Origin: an uncultured Nitrospiraceae bacterium
GTDB lineage: Bacteria > Nitrospirota > Thermodesulfovibrionia > Thermodesulfovibrionales > Dissulfurispiraceae
Direction of reading: 5' to 3'
DNA: 64,000 nucleotides
Assembly (NCBI GenBank): GCA_963727805.1
Contig: CAVSHF010000003.1
Span: 1,536,001 to 1,600,000, forward strand
This document shows, piece by piece, positions 8,941-18,431 of this stretch. The notes below the pieces were generated by a model. It was not told the origin of the DNA, searched no databases, and worked only from the letters and a program-made list of their open reading frames with translations. Positions within the stretch are counted from its first letter, which is position 1. Every line of letters begins with the position of its first letter. Made by a program: the position numbers and the translations under genes.

Positions 8941-10185
8941 ATGAAAAGAACATACGTGCTGGACACAAACGTTGTTGTTCAAAACCCGAACGCAGTGACG
9001 ACATTCGATGAGCATGATGTTATAGTCCCTATGACAGTGATTCGTGAGCTAGACCAGATGAAAAAAGGGGCTACGTCGGTATCATACAGTGCACGAGCGG
9101 CCTTGCGTGTGCTGGCATCCCTGGTGGAGCAGGATGAGGTGAATCGAAGCGTCAACGTACCGTTGCCAGGTGGCGGCCAGCTCAGCATTGACTCGAGTTC
9201 GATTGGGGATGACCCCTCCCTTTGTCCCGATGACCAGATTATTGCAGTGGCACAGGAGTTAACAAAGCAAGGGAAGCCCGATGTCTGGCTTATCAGCAAG
9301 GACACGGCCGTTCGCCTTAAAGCCAGTGCCAAGGGTCTTAAAACTGATGACTATCGGCATGATCAGGCCCGGCTGCATGAAAAATATGGGCGTCTGCTCG
9401 TTGAAGATGAACCCGTTAATGGCATTAAATCGGTTCGGTACCGCCTTGCCGGTGACAGCATCTGGAAGATACGGGGGACCAATGAGAAAAAAGCCCGACG
9501 CACACGCGAAGTATACGGAATAACTGCCAAGACACCCGAACAAGATGCACTCATTGATGCGCTTACAGATCCAGAGATCGAATTTGTTTGTGTCACAGGA
9601 GTACCGGGCGGCGGGAAGACCCTTCTTGCGCTTGCCTGTGGGCTGCTGCAGACCCAGAAGAGGTCGCCGCTTTATGACCAATTGATTGTCGCACGCCCCG
9701 TAACTCCCCTCAGGGGCAATGATCTCGGATACTTACCTGGCGATGTGGAGGCGAAAATCGGTCCTCACATGTTGGCCATTTGGGATGCGCTTGAAATGCT
9801 ACTGCCCACCGCAAAGGGCGAAAAAGACGGAGTCGCATACGGAAGCTATCCCAATGCCAAACTGCTTATCGACCAGGGGAAGCTCGCCCTGGAACCTCTC
9901 ACCTTTATCAGGGGACGTTCCCGTCCAAGAATCTACTACATAATCGATGAAGCCCAGCAATTGTCGCGTTTAGAAGCCAAGACCATTATTGCACGTATGG
10001 GCGCTGGCGCAAAGCTTGTGTTTACTGGGGACTTAGGGCAGATTGACAATCCCTTCATGGACGAACGATCATCCGGATTGGCGTTGACAATCGAAGGTTT
10101 TATCAAAGAAGACAACTTTTGTTATCTCCACCTTTGCCAGTCGTGCCGATCGCGCCTTGCCGAACAGGCTGACACGCTTTTGTAA
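8941..10185 (+). CDS. phoH: PIN-domain PhoH-family ATPase (PhoH2-like)
   Basis: N-terminal PIN (VLDTNV..V.RELD..PDD.I..SKD), Walker A GVPGGGKT, LGYLPG, FIRGRS, IIDEAQ, TGDLGQID. Confidence 0.93.
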   Translation: MKRTYVLDTNVVVQNPNAVTTFDEHDVIVPMTVIRELDQMKKGATSVSYSARAALRVLASLVEQDEVNRSVNVPLPGGGQLSIDSSSIGDDPSLCPDDQIIAVAQELTKQGKPDVWLISKDTAVRLKASAKGLKTDDYRHDQARLHEKYGRLLVEDEPVNGIKSVRYRLAGDSIWKIRGTNEKKARRTREVYGITAKTPEQDALIDALTDPEIEFVCVTGVPGGGKTLLALACGLLQTQKRSPLYDQLIVARPVTPLRGNDLGYLPGDVEAKIGPHMLAIWDALEMLLPTAKGEKDGVAYGSYPNAKLLIDQGKLALEPLTFIRGRSRPRIYYIIDEAQQLSRLEAKTIIARMGAGAKLVFTGDLGQIDNPFMDERSSGLALTIEGFIKEDNFCYLHLCQSCRSRLAEQADTLL

Positions 10186-10186
10186 T
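10040..10186 (+). repeat. 147-bp direct repeat, copy 1 (3' end of phoH)
   Basis: Matches 11589-11735 with 3 mismatches. Confidence 0.95.
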
Positions 10187-10513
10187 GTCAAAGCAGAGTT
10201 CTATAGGATGCAGTAAATTTCTTAGTTCTGTGCAGTAAAGTTCTCTTGGAGTCTTTGATGGGAATGGATGTTAATTTCCTCCCGTAAAAAGCCATCAAGA
10301 CCGCGATCGAGCGCTTTCGCATAAGTATTTAGGTCTTCAGGCTGGTCTTCAGCATTTTTAATAGGGCCTCCGATTCTTTCCATAATCTTGATACGTTATA
10401 TTGAGATTTATGCATGTGTCTAAGTATGTATTCCAAGCAATTGTGTTACGCTCCAGTGACTATTAGTGTGCTAACGATCTTGAAACTAAATAGTCGGAGA
10501 TGCTCTTAGACAT

Positions 10514-10549
10514 AAATAAACCGGACCTGAGTTTTCACTCCGGTCCGGG
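10514..10549 (-). terminator. Intrinsic terminator after CTERM gene 10628-11227
   Basis: CCGGACC..GGTCCGG stem followed on the minus strand by TTTATTT. Confidence 0.6.
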
Positions 10550-10627
10550 CCCGGGCCGTTGTCACTTGTCAGTCGTCATCGCGCAGTTGCTAGGCATGCG
10601 TCCGAAAGTCCGAAACTAAAATCCTGA

Positions 10628-11227
10628 TTAGATCAGTTTTTTTCTAATCCCCACCAGCCCCATCAGACCGGAGCCAAACAGCCAGGCTGCAGCCGGAATC
10701 GGGGTGGCTGTGGCGGGTGTGAGGCTTGCTGTAGCACTCCCACTCCCACCAGTTAAATATGACGCCCAATATGCATAAGTGTTTGGACCGGTGGCCCCTA
10801 TACCTATGGCGGGAACATTATCAGTGGAGCTATTTACAGACCCATTTACAACGAGAGGGTTATTAAGAAGCCCCGAACTTTGCACGAGTATCATCCCATT
10901 ATACTGATCAGCAGGATTAAATACAGGGTTTGAACCAGGAGATAACAGGTTATCAGCTCCACTTAAATTAGCACCAGCCCCATCACTATTTTGAGCAGTA
11001 AGCATCGGAGCAAGCAAGGCATAACTAATACCATTGTTTAAACTGCCATCTCCAGTTAGAGAAGCACCAGTAGCAAGTAACGGACCATTACCATTGGAAG
11101 CCGTGTAAAGTGTACCTGTAAAACCGTACTTGCCATCTGTACTAAGAAAGCTAAACGAGTAATCAGCATATGCCGAACTATAGCTGATACAGACCATAGC
11201 CACCATTAAGAACAATAATTTCTTCAT
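10628..11227 (-). CDS. VPLPA/PEP-CTERM-type exosortase substrate, secreted surface protein 1
   Basis: AGGAGG SD; signal peptide MKKLLF..SSAYA; G/S/N/T-rich body; C-terminal TPIPAAAWLFGSGLMGLVGIRKK. Confidence 0.9.
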   Translation of the reverse strand: MKKLLFLMVAMVCISYSSAYADYSFSFLSTDGKYGFTGTLYTASNGNGPLLATGASLTGDGSLNNGISYALLAPMLTAQNSDGAGANLSGADNLLSPGSNPVFNPADQYNGMILVQSSGLLNNPLVVNGSVNSSTDNVPAIGIGATGPNTYAYWASYLTGGSGSATASLTPATATPIPAAAWLFGSGLMGLVGIRKKLI

Positions 11228-11392
11228 TTTTCTCACCTCCTTTTTTTTAGATTTGATCAAATGACAACATTGTAGTTATTTGTATAATGTTATTCTTTTA
11301 CTGTTGCTTTATGCTCCTTACCTGATCGGAGTGTTACCCTTTGAATTTCAATTAGCCTGCACCAACATGGTCGGTGGTTTTGTCCGATGAAT

Positions 11393-11468
11393 AAAAAAAC
11401 CCGGAGCAGAACCTAACTGGTTCAAACTCCGGGTTTTCTGGTCCCTTAAAAGGTCAGCAAAATGCCCG
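11393..11468 (-). ncRNA. Conserved leader RNA plus overlapping terminator, copy 1 (candidate attenuator/riboswitch)
   Basis: CGGGCATTTTGCTGACC-TTTTAA-GGGACCAGAAAACCCGGAG...CTCCGGGTTTTTTT; homologous to 13916-13994 and 18871-18962. Confidence 0.75.
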
Positions 11469-11490
11469 TACCCTTATGCTAATTAATTTG

Positions 11491-11544
11491 ATTATACGAG
11501 TACCCTGTTACAAGATTATTACGAGATGATTACAAGACTATGAA
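11491..11544 (-). promoter_or_regulatory. Pho-box-like promoter of CTERM protein 1
   Basis: Minus strand TTCA, GTAA, GTAA, GTAA (plus coordinates 11541, 11530, 11519, 11508), 11-nt spacer, TATAAT 11496-11491. Confidence 0.8.
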
Positions 11545-11588
11545 GGCTGGCTCGCGCAGACTATTAGTAATAAAATTAGGGTGACTTA

Positions 11589-11735
11589 AGATTGATAATC
11601 CCTTCATGGATGAACGATCATCCGGATTGGCGTTGACAATCGAAGGTTTTATCAAAGAAGACAACTTTTGTTATCTCCACCTTTGCCAGTCGTGCCGATC
11701 GCGCCTTGCCGAACAGGCTGACACGTTTTTGTAAT
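11589..11735 (+). repeat. 147-bp direct repeat, copy 2 (orphan duplicate of the phoH 3' end)
   Basis: Matches 10040-10186 with 3 mismatches, includes the stop codon. Confidence 0.95.
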
Positions 11736-11780
11736 CTTAGGCAGCGTGGATGTGGGATGCAATAACGTGCTTCCCATGCG

Positions 11781-11867
11781 TTAGCTGAGTTTCTCCATGT
11801 CCTTATGCTGCTTTTGCAGCCTTTTGCTGTCTCACTCAAATTTGGTAGTGTGTTGGAACTTAAGCAC
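11781..11867 (-). pseudogene. yafQ: YafQ-type toxin remnant
   Basis: GTG-LKFQHTTKFE*DSKRLQKQHKDMEKLS*; internal TGA, truncated; overlaps the dinJ-like stop (TAGTG). Confidence 0.65.
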
Positions 11868-12126
11868 TATTTGTTTATATTCTCGAAGAACTCATCAAGA
11901 CTATTATAGGAATGCAGTTCTTTCCCTTGGCGAGCCTTTTGAAGCGTTTCCGCTGTCTCTTTGTTCGGAAGCCCGACATTGGAGGGAAGTCGCCTTCTCA
12001 ACGTTACCTGTTTGTAAAAAAGGGGATTACCTCCGTGCTGGACAACCCCAACTTTTCAAAAATGCCTTCAGCCCCTTTCTTGAAAGTAGGCTCCACTCGT
12101 GCTCGTATAGTCTCTGTCTTCGCAAT
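11867..12126 (-). pseudogene. dinJ: DinJ/RelB-type antitoxin pseudogene
   Basis: AKTETIRARVEP..K..AE.IFEKLGLS.TE.I, frameshift, then FYKQV..LP..V.LPNKET.ETL..SLDEFF; start codon reads ATT. Confidence 0.75.
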
Positions 12127-12543
12127 GTCTATGATTACCCTGCTTTTTGAAGATGTGCTTGCTTTTTCTCTTGTACCCCATTTGAGGAGCAAAAGCAAAT
12201 GATGGTTCTAAGCATAAATTAGCGCTGGCCAAAAGGAACGATGAGAAAGGCGCGCCGATGATTTTCTCTCTGGTGTGCGGAGGCATAGCGGAATAAGTAA
12301 GGCCATCCATTTTTTACACGGCGAGGTGTATCTTTGATTTGCGCAGAGCAGCATAGGGTATTTCTTACACCTGAAGCTCAACACCTCGGGCATCTCATCA
12401 ACATTGATGATTTCCTCCAGAAAGAAATTGTTAAAATCAGGTTCTCAGGTTCTTCTTATACAGCGAATACTCAAAGATGTCATTACAAGTGCCTTTTTTT
12501 TGGCATTAAATGTTTTTTACAGAGTTCAACAGAGCAACTGTCG

Positions 12544-12984
12544 TCACTTTCCCCTTTCCCCCGATTGCTTCCAATTGTTTTTGAAAACTTCTTGAGCTTC
12601 CTCTATTGAGAAATCAGGCGGCAGTTGGGTATATCGCGGTTCATAAACGGTGACGCTACCGTCTTTGGGAATCATTGAGTATTGTCCCTTGATGGATAAT
12701 ATTGCGCCGACTGTCATATCGGAGAGAATCTTTATGCGGGCATCTTCTCGATTCTGGGAGAAATGGAACTCTAATCCTAACTTGAAAACAAATCCGTAGC
12801 TGTCGAGGGCAATGCAATCAATGGCAATGTGCATCGCTTTGTCAGGATGGATATATGACTCAACTTTTTCTATTCTGACAAATGTATTGAGTTCAAACCC
12901 GCCGCAAAACAGATAATGATTGAAAGCGGTAACTTCCCCACTTTCGATGTTCTTAATGTTCCCACTTACTATTTTGTCTTTCAT
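12544..12984 (-). CDS. Hypothetical protein (146 aa)
   Basis: Uninterrupted ORF with AAGGA SD; no family recognised. Confidence 0.55.
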   Translation of the reverse strand: MKDKIVSGNIKNIESGEVTAFNHYLFCGGFELNTFVRIEKVESYIHPDKAMHIAIDCIALDSYGFVFKLGLEFHFSQNREDARIKILSDMTVGAILSIKGQYSMIPKDGSVTVYEPRYTQLPPDFSIEEAQEVFKNNWKQSGERGK

Positions 12985-13849
12985 TCTTATCCTTCTGATG
13001 ATGATTTATCTGGTGGGCTGCTCAAGCATATAATTCATAGCCGACAAATCTTTGTGAAGTAAGATCATCATTTCTCAACGCCCCAGTGTATCATCATAAT
13101 AAATTGTAGCCGAAACGACGCAGTAAAGCATCTAATTAACAAGAGAAAAGGCATGAAATATAAGAAGTTACTAATTTTGTGACCCCCATCACAAAAAATC
13201 AGCCAGATTAATTCACTGAGCCGCCCAGCGGCATTGCGGCATTTTGGCCACATCTCCAGTTGGCTGGGGAATCTCGATTATAGCGGTGACAATTGTAGCC
13301 AACTGCACATTTAGTAGGACCTTGTGGTTTCGCTTTCTCCGTGCGATTTCATTCCGCAGGAGCAATCTTTCCCGCCGATGGTCAGTGACTCCTAAAATTG
13401 TGCAGAATATTGACCCTAGTCCAGCAAAGAAACGTTGCCTAAGCGACGCCGTATATTAACTGAACATTCTTATTGGTATGCTTACTTTACATACACGCAA
13501 ACATGCAAGTGTTGTTGCAACTTTCCATTGATAGGTGACCTGAATGCATGTTGCGGATCAATGCCGGGGACCGTATTTAAAGCTGTGTGAGTGTAGATTG
13601 TAAAATGGAAGTAGTGACAGACAGCTTGTGGGCTGCCTTGGTAGTGCCCTGTAAGACACACAGCAATCGCGGAGGGTTAAACTCTGTAAATCGGCAACGC
13701 CATTTTCTCTCAGGTGGTTTATTTTCAGCCCTTCAATTCGATTTTTCCGCCTTCTCCGTATATTCCAGGAAAGGCCATCGCATTAAGGGCGTCGTGGCGT
13801 CAACCAGTGCTTTAACTATAACTTATTTAAAAAGCTTATCTCTCTAAAA

Positions 13850-13903
13850 GTAACGCAAATGTCACATTTAGTTCACTTTCTCGCAACAATTATTTGCTAT
13901 AGT
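13850..13903 (+). promoter_or_regulatory. Pho-box-like promoter of CTERM protein 2
   Basis: GTAA 13850, GTCA 13861, TTCA 13872, GCAA 13883, 11-nt spacer, extended -10 TG-C-TATAGT 13895-13903. Confidence 0.75.
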
Positions 13904-13915
13904 TTAATCAGGTTG

Positions 13916-13994
13916 CGGGCACTTTGCTGACCTTTTTGGGGAACCAGAAAACCCGGATATGTCATTCCAGTCCAATGATATATCCGGGTTTTTT
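13916..13994 (+). ncRNA. Conserved leader RNA plus overlapping terminator, copy 2
   Basis: CGGGCACTTTGCTGACC-TTTTTGG-GGAACCAGAAAACCCGGATAT...ATATCCGGGTTTTTT; starts about 12 nt after the -10. Confidence 0.75.
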
Positions 13995-14036
13995 AGCTTC
14001 TTGAGGAATAAAATACAGTAAAATAAGGAGACTGCA

Positions 14037-14714
14037 ATGAGGAAAAGAGTACTAAGTGGATTGTTTCTGTTGGTTGCAGGACTAATCTTCCTGATCCCTT
14101 TTCAGGCCAGTGCTGCGTTGACGTACACAATGACCGGTTATCAGAACCTGGGTCCGTTATATGCGTCCGGGGAAATAACTGGCAATTTGACTGGCGATCT
14201 GATTATTGCGCCTCTGTATTCATTTTGCGTTGATAATCAGGCGCTTCTTTACCAAAATACCCCTTATGCAGCGACGTTAAGCCCGATAGGCAGCAACCAG
14301 GGGCTGCTTGAGTCGGCATATCTCATCGCCACATATGCTCCGAGCAATACTGCCTTGACGGACGTTAATAAGGGAGTGGAACTTCAGTGGGCTATGTGGA
14401 TGGCTTTAGGCCAAGCATCACCTTTAGGATCACCTTCAACTAGTGGCAGCTTGGCGAATACATATTCGTCTATTTACACTCAGGCTCTGCAATATCAATC
14501 AAATGCTCAAACGTGGTACACCAGTGCTAGTGCTGGCGATCTTGCTCAGTATGCCAGCATGTACCAGGAACTTCAGCTCCAAGGTAGCCAGAATCTGTTG
14601 TTGGTTCAAACTTCCACCGGAGGTAATCTTCCAACTCCCATCCCTTCAAGTATTGTTCTTCTCGGTCCCGGCCTAATTGCTCTCGGTGCTGTCAGAAGAA
14701 GATTTCAGATGTAG
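14037..14714 (+). CDS. VPLPA/PEP-CTERM-type exosortase substrate, secreted surface protein 2
   Basis: AAGGAG SD; signal peptide ..FQASA; SFCVD and QWAMW motifs typical of PEP-CTERM bodies; C-terminal TPIPSSIVLLGPGLIALGAVRRR. Confidence 0.9.
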   Translation: MRKRVLSGLFLLVAGLIFLIPFQASAALTYTMTGYQNLGPLYASGEITGNLTGDLIIAPLYSFCVDNQALLYQNTPYAATLSPIGSNQGLLESAYLIATYAPSNTALTDVNKGVELQWAMWMALGQASPLGSPSTSGSLANTYSSIYTQALQYQSNAQTWYTSASAGDLAQYASMYQELQLQGSQNLLLVQTSTGGNLPTPIPSSIVLLGPGLIALGAVRRRFQM

Positions 14715-14725
14715 GCTTTATCAAT

Positions 14726-14764
14726 AAAAAAAGGCAGGGTCAGAAACCGCCCTGCCTTTTTTTT
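14726..14764 (+). terminator. Intrinsic (bidirectional) terminator
   Basis: A7-GGCAGGG..CCCTGCC-T8 just after stop 14714. Confidence 0.85.
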
Positions 14765-15711
14765 CTTTGCAGGATCGAACCGGACAGGATAGTTTCAGGG
14801 CCACATCGCAACTCTTCGCCGGCGGCATCTTCATACGGGATCCGTCGTGCTGATCTAATCGATCAAATAGCAAATTATTAGCTATATTGCTTCGATTATT
14901 ACTTCGGGGTACTCCGCAAATATTGAGGGATAGAGCTGCAATGACTCTAAGCAAAAGCCAAGCAGGCGCATTTGACAGTTTCTAAATTGTTGAAGAAGGC
15001 CGCCTGATCTCAATTATTTAGGAACAGTTTGCAGCAGTGCCGTTTCCTGAAAATCAAGATTTGTACACGATATAAACGGCTGGCTAAGGTCGCCTAACTG
15101 CTTGATTCGCGTTGGATGTGGGAATCGCCCCATGATGATTACGTTTTAAATAGAGCGTCTTCACCGTGTCGGGTACGTTTTCAATGAACTGTGAGTAGTT
15201 AACCGTGTTTTGCGTGACCTGCCTCTTAAAGGCGGCCTCCGCGATCCGCTTGATAAGTGGCACCCGTACCCCTTCTTTCCCACTTACATGATGTGAGCAG
15301 GGCCTGCTTCAAAATCATTAGTATGGCCCTCTTATTTTATGTTGCCGGCAAGCCTTTGCCATGTGAGATTGCGCACAGAAATGAACACATGCTTGATTCA
15401 TGATCACTCTGCAGCGTACAAGTGGAAATAATCAGCGTCAGTGCTCAAGATTTCCCGGAAGCGCGCACAAACTAATGATCCCTAAAAATGCTCATCACCG
15501 TCGGCATATCACAGTGGTCCTTTCTTGATGGCACCGACCTCTCTTTCAATTACTACCCTTTGCAGCTGCCGATAATTTTTCAGCATCTTTTGGTATCTCC
15601 TCCGGACGGATCGAGAGGCCATTATGATGCCAATGAATGTAACGATAAATTAACTAATGCCAGGCTTTATTTATGGTATTGTTAATGTATAAAATTTAGG
15701 AGGTGGTTTAG

Positions 15712-16473
15712 TTGAAGAAGATTCTATTTGCCCTGCTCGTTTTCTTTCTGTTATTTCCTATGGCATATGCTCGCGGTGCTGACACGAAATGCGGGACTCT
15801 GACTAAGGAAGAAGCAACTGCGATTGTGAAGCATTTGGATCCTAATTTGAGCGCTATCGATGTTAGAACCAGCCCTGCAGAAGGTATGTGGGAGGTTACC
15901 GTCAATACCGGGGCAAAGAAAGTACTGGCATATATAGACTGCTCGAAACGTTACATCATATTAGGCGAGCTGCTCGACACAAAAGAAAAAAAGAACCTGA
16001 CGCGTGAGCGGATGACAGAGATCAACAAGGTTGGCGTTTCGTCCATTCCCCTAGATGATGCACTCGTTATGGGCGATAAAAGCGCCCCTCACAGGCTGAT
16101 TGTATTCGATGATCCTGAGTGACCATACTGCGCCAAACTTCATCAGGAGATGAAGCAGATTGTCGAAAAAAGAAAAGACATTGTTTTTTTAATAAAGATG
16201 TTCCCCCTTGCCATGCACAAGGGGTCGTATGATAAGGCAAAGGCCATTGTGTGTGAGAAGTCACTCAAGCTTCTTGATGATGCTTTTGAAAATAAGGAGC
16301 TACCTCCGGCAAAATGCAATACACAGGTGCTGGAAGATAATATAACATTGGCGGGCAAGCTTGGTATCCAGGGCACACCTGCAATTATATTCCCGGATGG
16401 GAGGATCGTACCAGGGTATATGCCTGCAGATTCTCTGATTAAGGAAGTGGATGTGGGTACTGCTCCAAAGTAA
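15712..16473 (+). CDS. dsbC: DsbC-like periplasmic thiol:disulfide isomerase, selenocysteine-containing (U-P-Y-C)
   Basis: ORFs 15712-16122 and 16150-16473 share a frame; TGA 16120-16122 occupies the first Cys of FDDPE[C]PYC; GIQGTPA and PGY motifs downstream; signal peptide. Confidence 0.88.
16123..16158 (+). promoter_or_regulatory. Bacterial SECIS element candidate
   Basis: CTTCATC-AGGA-GATGAAG perfect 7-bp hairpin (16138-16155); loop starts 22 nt after UGA with G at loop position 2; CTG/CAG lower stem possible. Confidence 0.75.
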
Positions 16474-16589
16474 TCGAATATGCCAGCGAATGAACGGGTG
16501 ACCGGAATGCATCGGAATGGGTGGGAATCGTCCGGATAATGCAGGATTATGATCTTTTTTGACAGCACGCATGGCAATAAAGTGGTGTA

Positions 16590-17120
16590 TTATCGGGAAT
16601 TTCACTGAGCGTCGCTGGAGAGAGCTCTAGCCCGCACATGTCCTCCAGGTGGTGGGGCATTATCCGCGTAGCTCATTTTCAGACCTTGGCACGCCACGAT
16701 TCTGTCATTAGGGGCTTTGCCCAGAGTATTCAGTCAATTCTTTACAAGTTCGGGTTTGAACGTGGCATCCTTGTCACGCGAGGTTGCAAGCTCGAAAGTG
16801 ACGTAGTCGGAGCAAACGGTATTTTGTGTTTTTTATCATTCTCTTCGTTCTTTGTTTCTGGCGGTTCGGAGTCGATATGGGATTCTACCGCCCTTTTAAG
16901 GTGGCCTTCAAGATCCGTTTGATAAGAGGCATCAGTCCCTCATCTTTCCCACTTGGGGTATGCTAGCCTTGAGTTTCTCAATGATTTCCTTCTGAAAGGC
17001 TTCAAATCAAATCCGGTGGACAATAACTTCTTGAAATCCTGTTCCATATCAATCTTCCATACATAGATTGTAGCCCATCAGGCTATCCAGAATAATTGAC
17101 ACAGTTTATTTCATAGACCG
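16590..17120 (-). mobile_element. Degraded IS256-family element (left end and N-terminal transposase relic)
   Basis: Broken frames give LMPLIKRILKATLKG, FELATSRDKDATFKPELVK, MSY.D..HHLEDMCGLELSPATLSEI; terminal-repeat-like GGTCTATGAAATAAACTGTGTCAA at 17120-17097. Confidence 0.75.
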
Positions 17121-17354
17121 GAGACGGGCGCCACTCCAGACTCTTAACGAGGGTCTTGCTATGCATAACAAATTCATCTATGAACATCTAGAAGGGAAGA
17201 GTCTGCGTAGCCGCGAATAAAGCCCTTAACCGGAAGGCCAACTTTGAATTCAATTAGTTACAGCGCACGCGAGCCGCAGGGGGATATATTTCCCTGCGAC
17301 GCGCGATTTCTTCACCTATCATGTTCGACTCCCCGAACTGCAAAGAAGTCGTAA

Positions 17355-17978
17355 CTAACACTCAACCCCGTGGCGCTGTACTTTAGGAAATTCACGCTTT
17401 CTCCCCATCACACGCAATCCCCCGATCATGGACAGTCCGGACCCTAATAGTAAAACGGCAGAAGGAATAGGAGTCGGACTGGGATTGGGTTCGCCTTTCG
17501 CCCAGTGCCTATGCTCCCATTGCCCTTTCTCCATCCATTGCCACTTATTGTGGGCGTCTTCATCTCCGCCGCGCCAATGCTCACCTTTGAAGCCTCGGAG
17601 CTGTGCTGAGTCGTCTGCCCATTTCTGGTCTGGGTCGTCCTGTTTTGCCTTCGCCCAGCGTCTATTTTGCTCGGAATCTTTCTTCTCCCATTGTAACTGA
17701 TACTGGACATTTTCATATCCGCCGAACCCAATTTCACCCTTTAAGCCTTGAAGCCGTGACTGCAAATATCGCTGTTCCTCACTGCTCTGACCGCTGGCTA
17801 GCGGGTAGGTATTCCCCCATGAGGCAACATCCGTCTTTGTCTGCTCCCACGTTGTCCCGGATTGAAATACACCGTTGGACTCCTGGTCGGCGCTTATACT
17901 GGCCTGGGCTGAAACGCCGAGACTAAGAATGCCGATTAATACAACTACAGTCATAATGTTTTTTACGACAGTTTGCAT
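17355..17978 (-). CDS. VPLPA/PEP-CTERM-type exosortase substrate 3, Trp/Gln-rich with internal repeat
   Basis: AAGGAG SD; signal peptide ..VSAQA; C-terminal TPIPSAVLLLGSGLSMIGGLRVMGRKR. Confidence 0.85.
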   Translation of the reverse strand: MQTVVKNIMTVVVLIGILSLGVSAQASISADQESNGVFQSGTTWEQTKTDVASWGNTYPLASGQSSEEQRYLQSRLQGLKGEIGFGGYENVQYQLQWEKKDSEQNRRWAKAKQDDPDQKWADDSAQLRGFKGEHWRGGDEDAHNKWQWMEKGQWEHRHWAKGEPNPSPTPIPSAVLLLGSGLSMIGGLRVMGRKREFPKVQRHGVEC

Positions 17979-17981
17979 ATT

Positions 17982-18098
17982 ATCTCCTTTCTGATCTTAT
18001 CCAGGCCCTTCGTTGTTATATGACAAGCAGCAAAGAGCTTCTATTAGGTTAATAAGTTACTCTTAAGACGGATGCCTTACACACCAGCCTTAGTGCGA
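17982..18098 (-). repeat. Structured intergenic leader repeat, copy A
   Basis: Shares TCGCACTAAGGCTG, TAAGRCATCYGTCTTA, GCTCTTTGCTGCT, CGAAG.GCCTGGATAA.ATCAGAAAGGAGAT with 18303-18420. Confidence 0.85.
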
Positions 18099-18182
18099 TT
18101 CGGAATTGATAACAGTGATTCATTCCATAATCCCCGCTGCCTTCAACGCTTGTGTAACGTCCAGGGAATTCTCATCGCTGGA

Positions 18183-18299
18183 TCACAGTTCTAGAGCTAA
18201 TTCAGACTCCTTTTCACCGAAGATGAGCTGGTAGCAGAAACTGAGCAGCCCGACTAATAACACAACAGCAATAATACTTCTCCTGATGAAAGCATTCAT
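18183..18299 (-). CDS. 38-aa signal-peptide-like small ORF or truncated paralogue of CTERM protein 3
   Basis: MNAFIRRSIIAVVLLVGLLSFCYQLIFGEKESELALEL; same SD and leader as the 17978 gene, similar N-terminus. Confidence 0.45.
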   Translation of the reverse strand: MNAFIRRSIIAVVLLVGLLSFCYQLIFGEKESELALEL

Positions 18300-18302
18300 A
18301 GA

Positions 18303-18420
18303 ATCTCCTTTCTGATTTTATCCAGGCACTTCGCTTTTTCTCGCAATACGAGCAGCAAAGAGCCGGCATGCGGTTCATAAATCAAGCATAAGACAGATGT
18401 CTTACACAGCCTTAGTGCGA
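18303..18420 (-). repeat. Structured intergenic leader repeat, copy B
   Basis: Homologous to 17982-18098. Confidence 0.85.
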
Positions 18421-18431
18421 AGCAAAATGGA

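Noticed and set aside
10209..10244. TGCAGTAAA.TTCT direct repeat at 22-bp spacing
   Set aside because: Only two copies, with no associated gene start or rep gene.
11393..11468. Assignment of the leader to c-di-GMP-I/II or c-di-AMP riboswitches
   Set aside because: Lacks the GEMM-I GNAAA/GNRA-receptor layout, the c-di-GMP-II pseudoknot partner and the ydaO-length architecture; resemblance limited to a few bases.
11820..11845. In-frame TGA in the yafQ remnant as selenocysteine
   Set aside because: Not at a Cys position, no SECIS, and the gene is truncated; an ordinary nonsense mutation.
15639..15682. Possible regulon box upstream of dsbC (GTAA 15639, TTAA 15650)
   Set aside because: Only two cores, and the -10-proximal site is missing; not counted.
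14770..15700. Short ORF fragments here and at 12200-12540, 13000-13850 and 19960-20550
   Set aside because: Look like decayed coding DNA, but no family could be recognised.
16885..16892. GGCGGTAG (ops-like) on the minus strand
   Set aside because: Lies inside the IS256 relic, lacks the downstream TG and is not in an operon leader.
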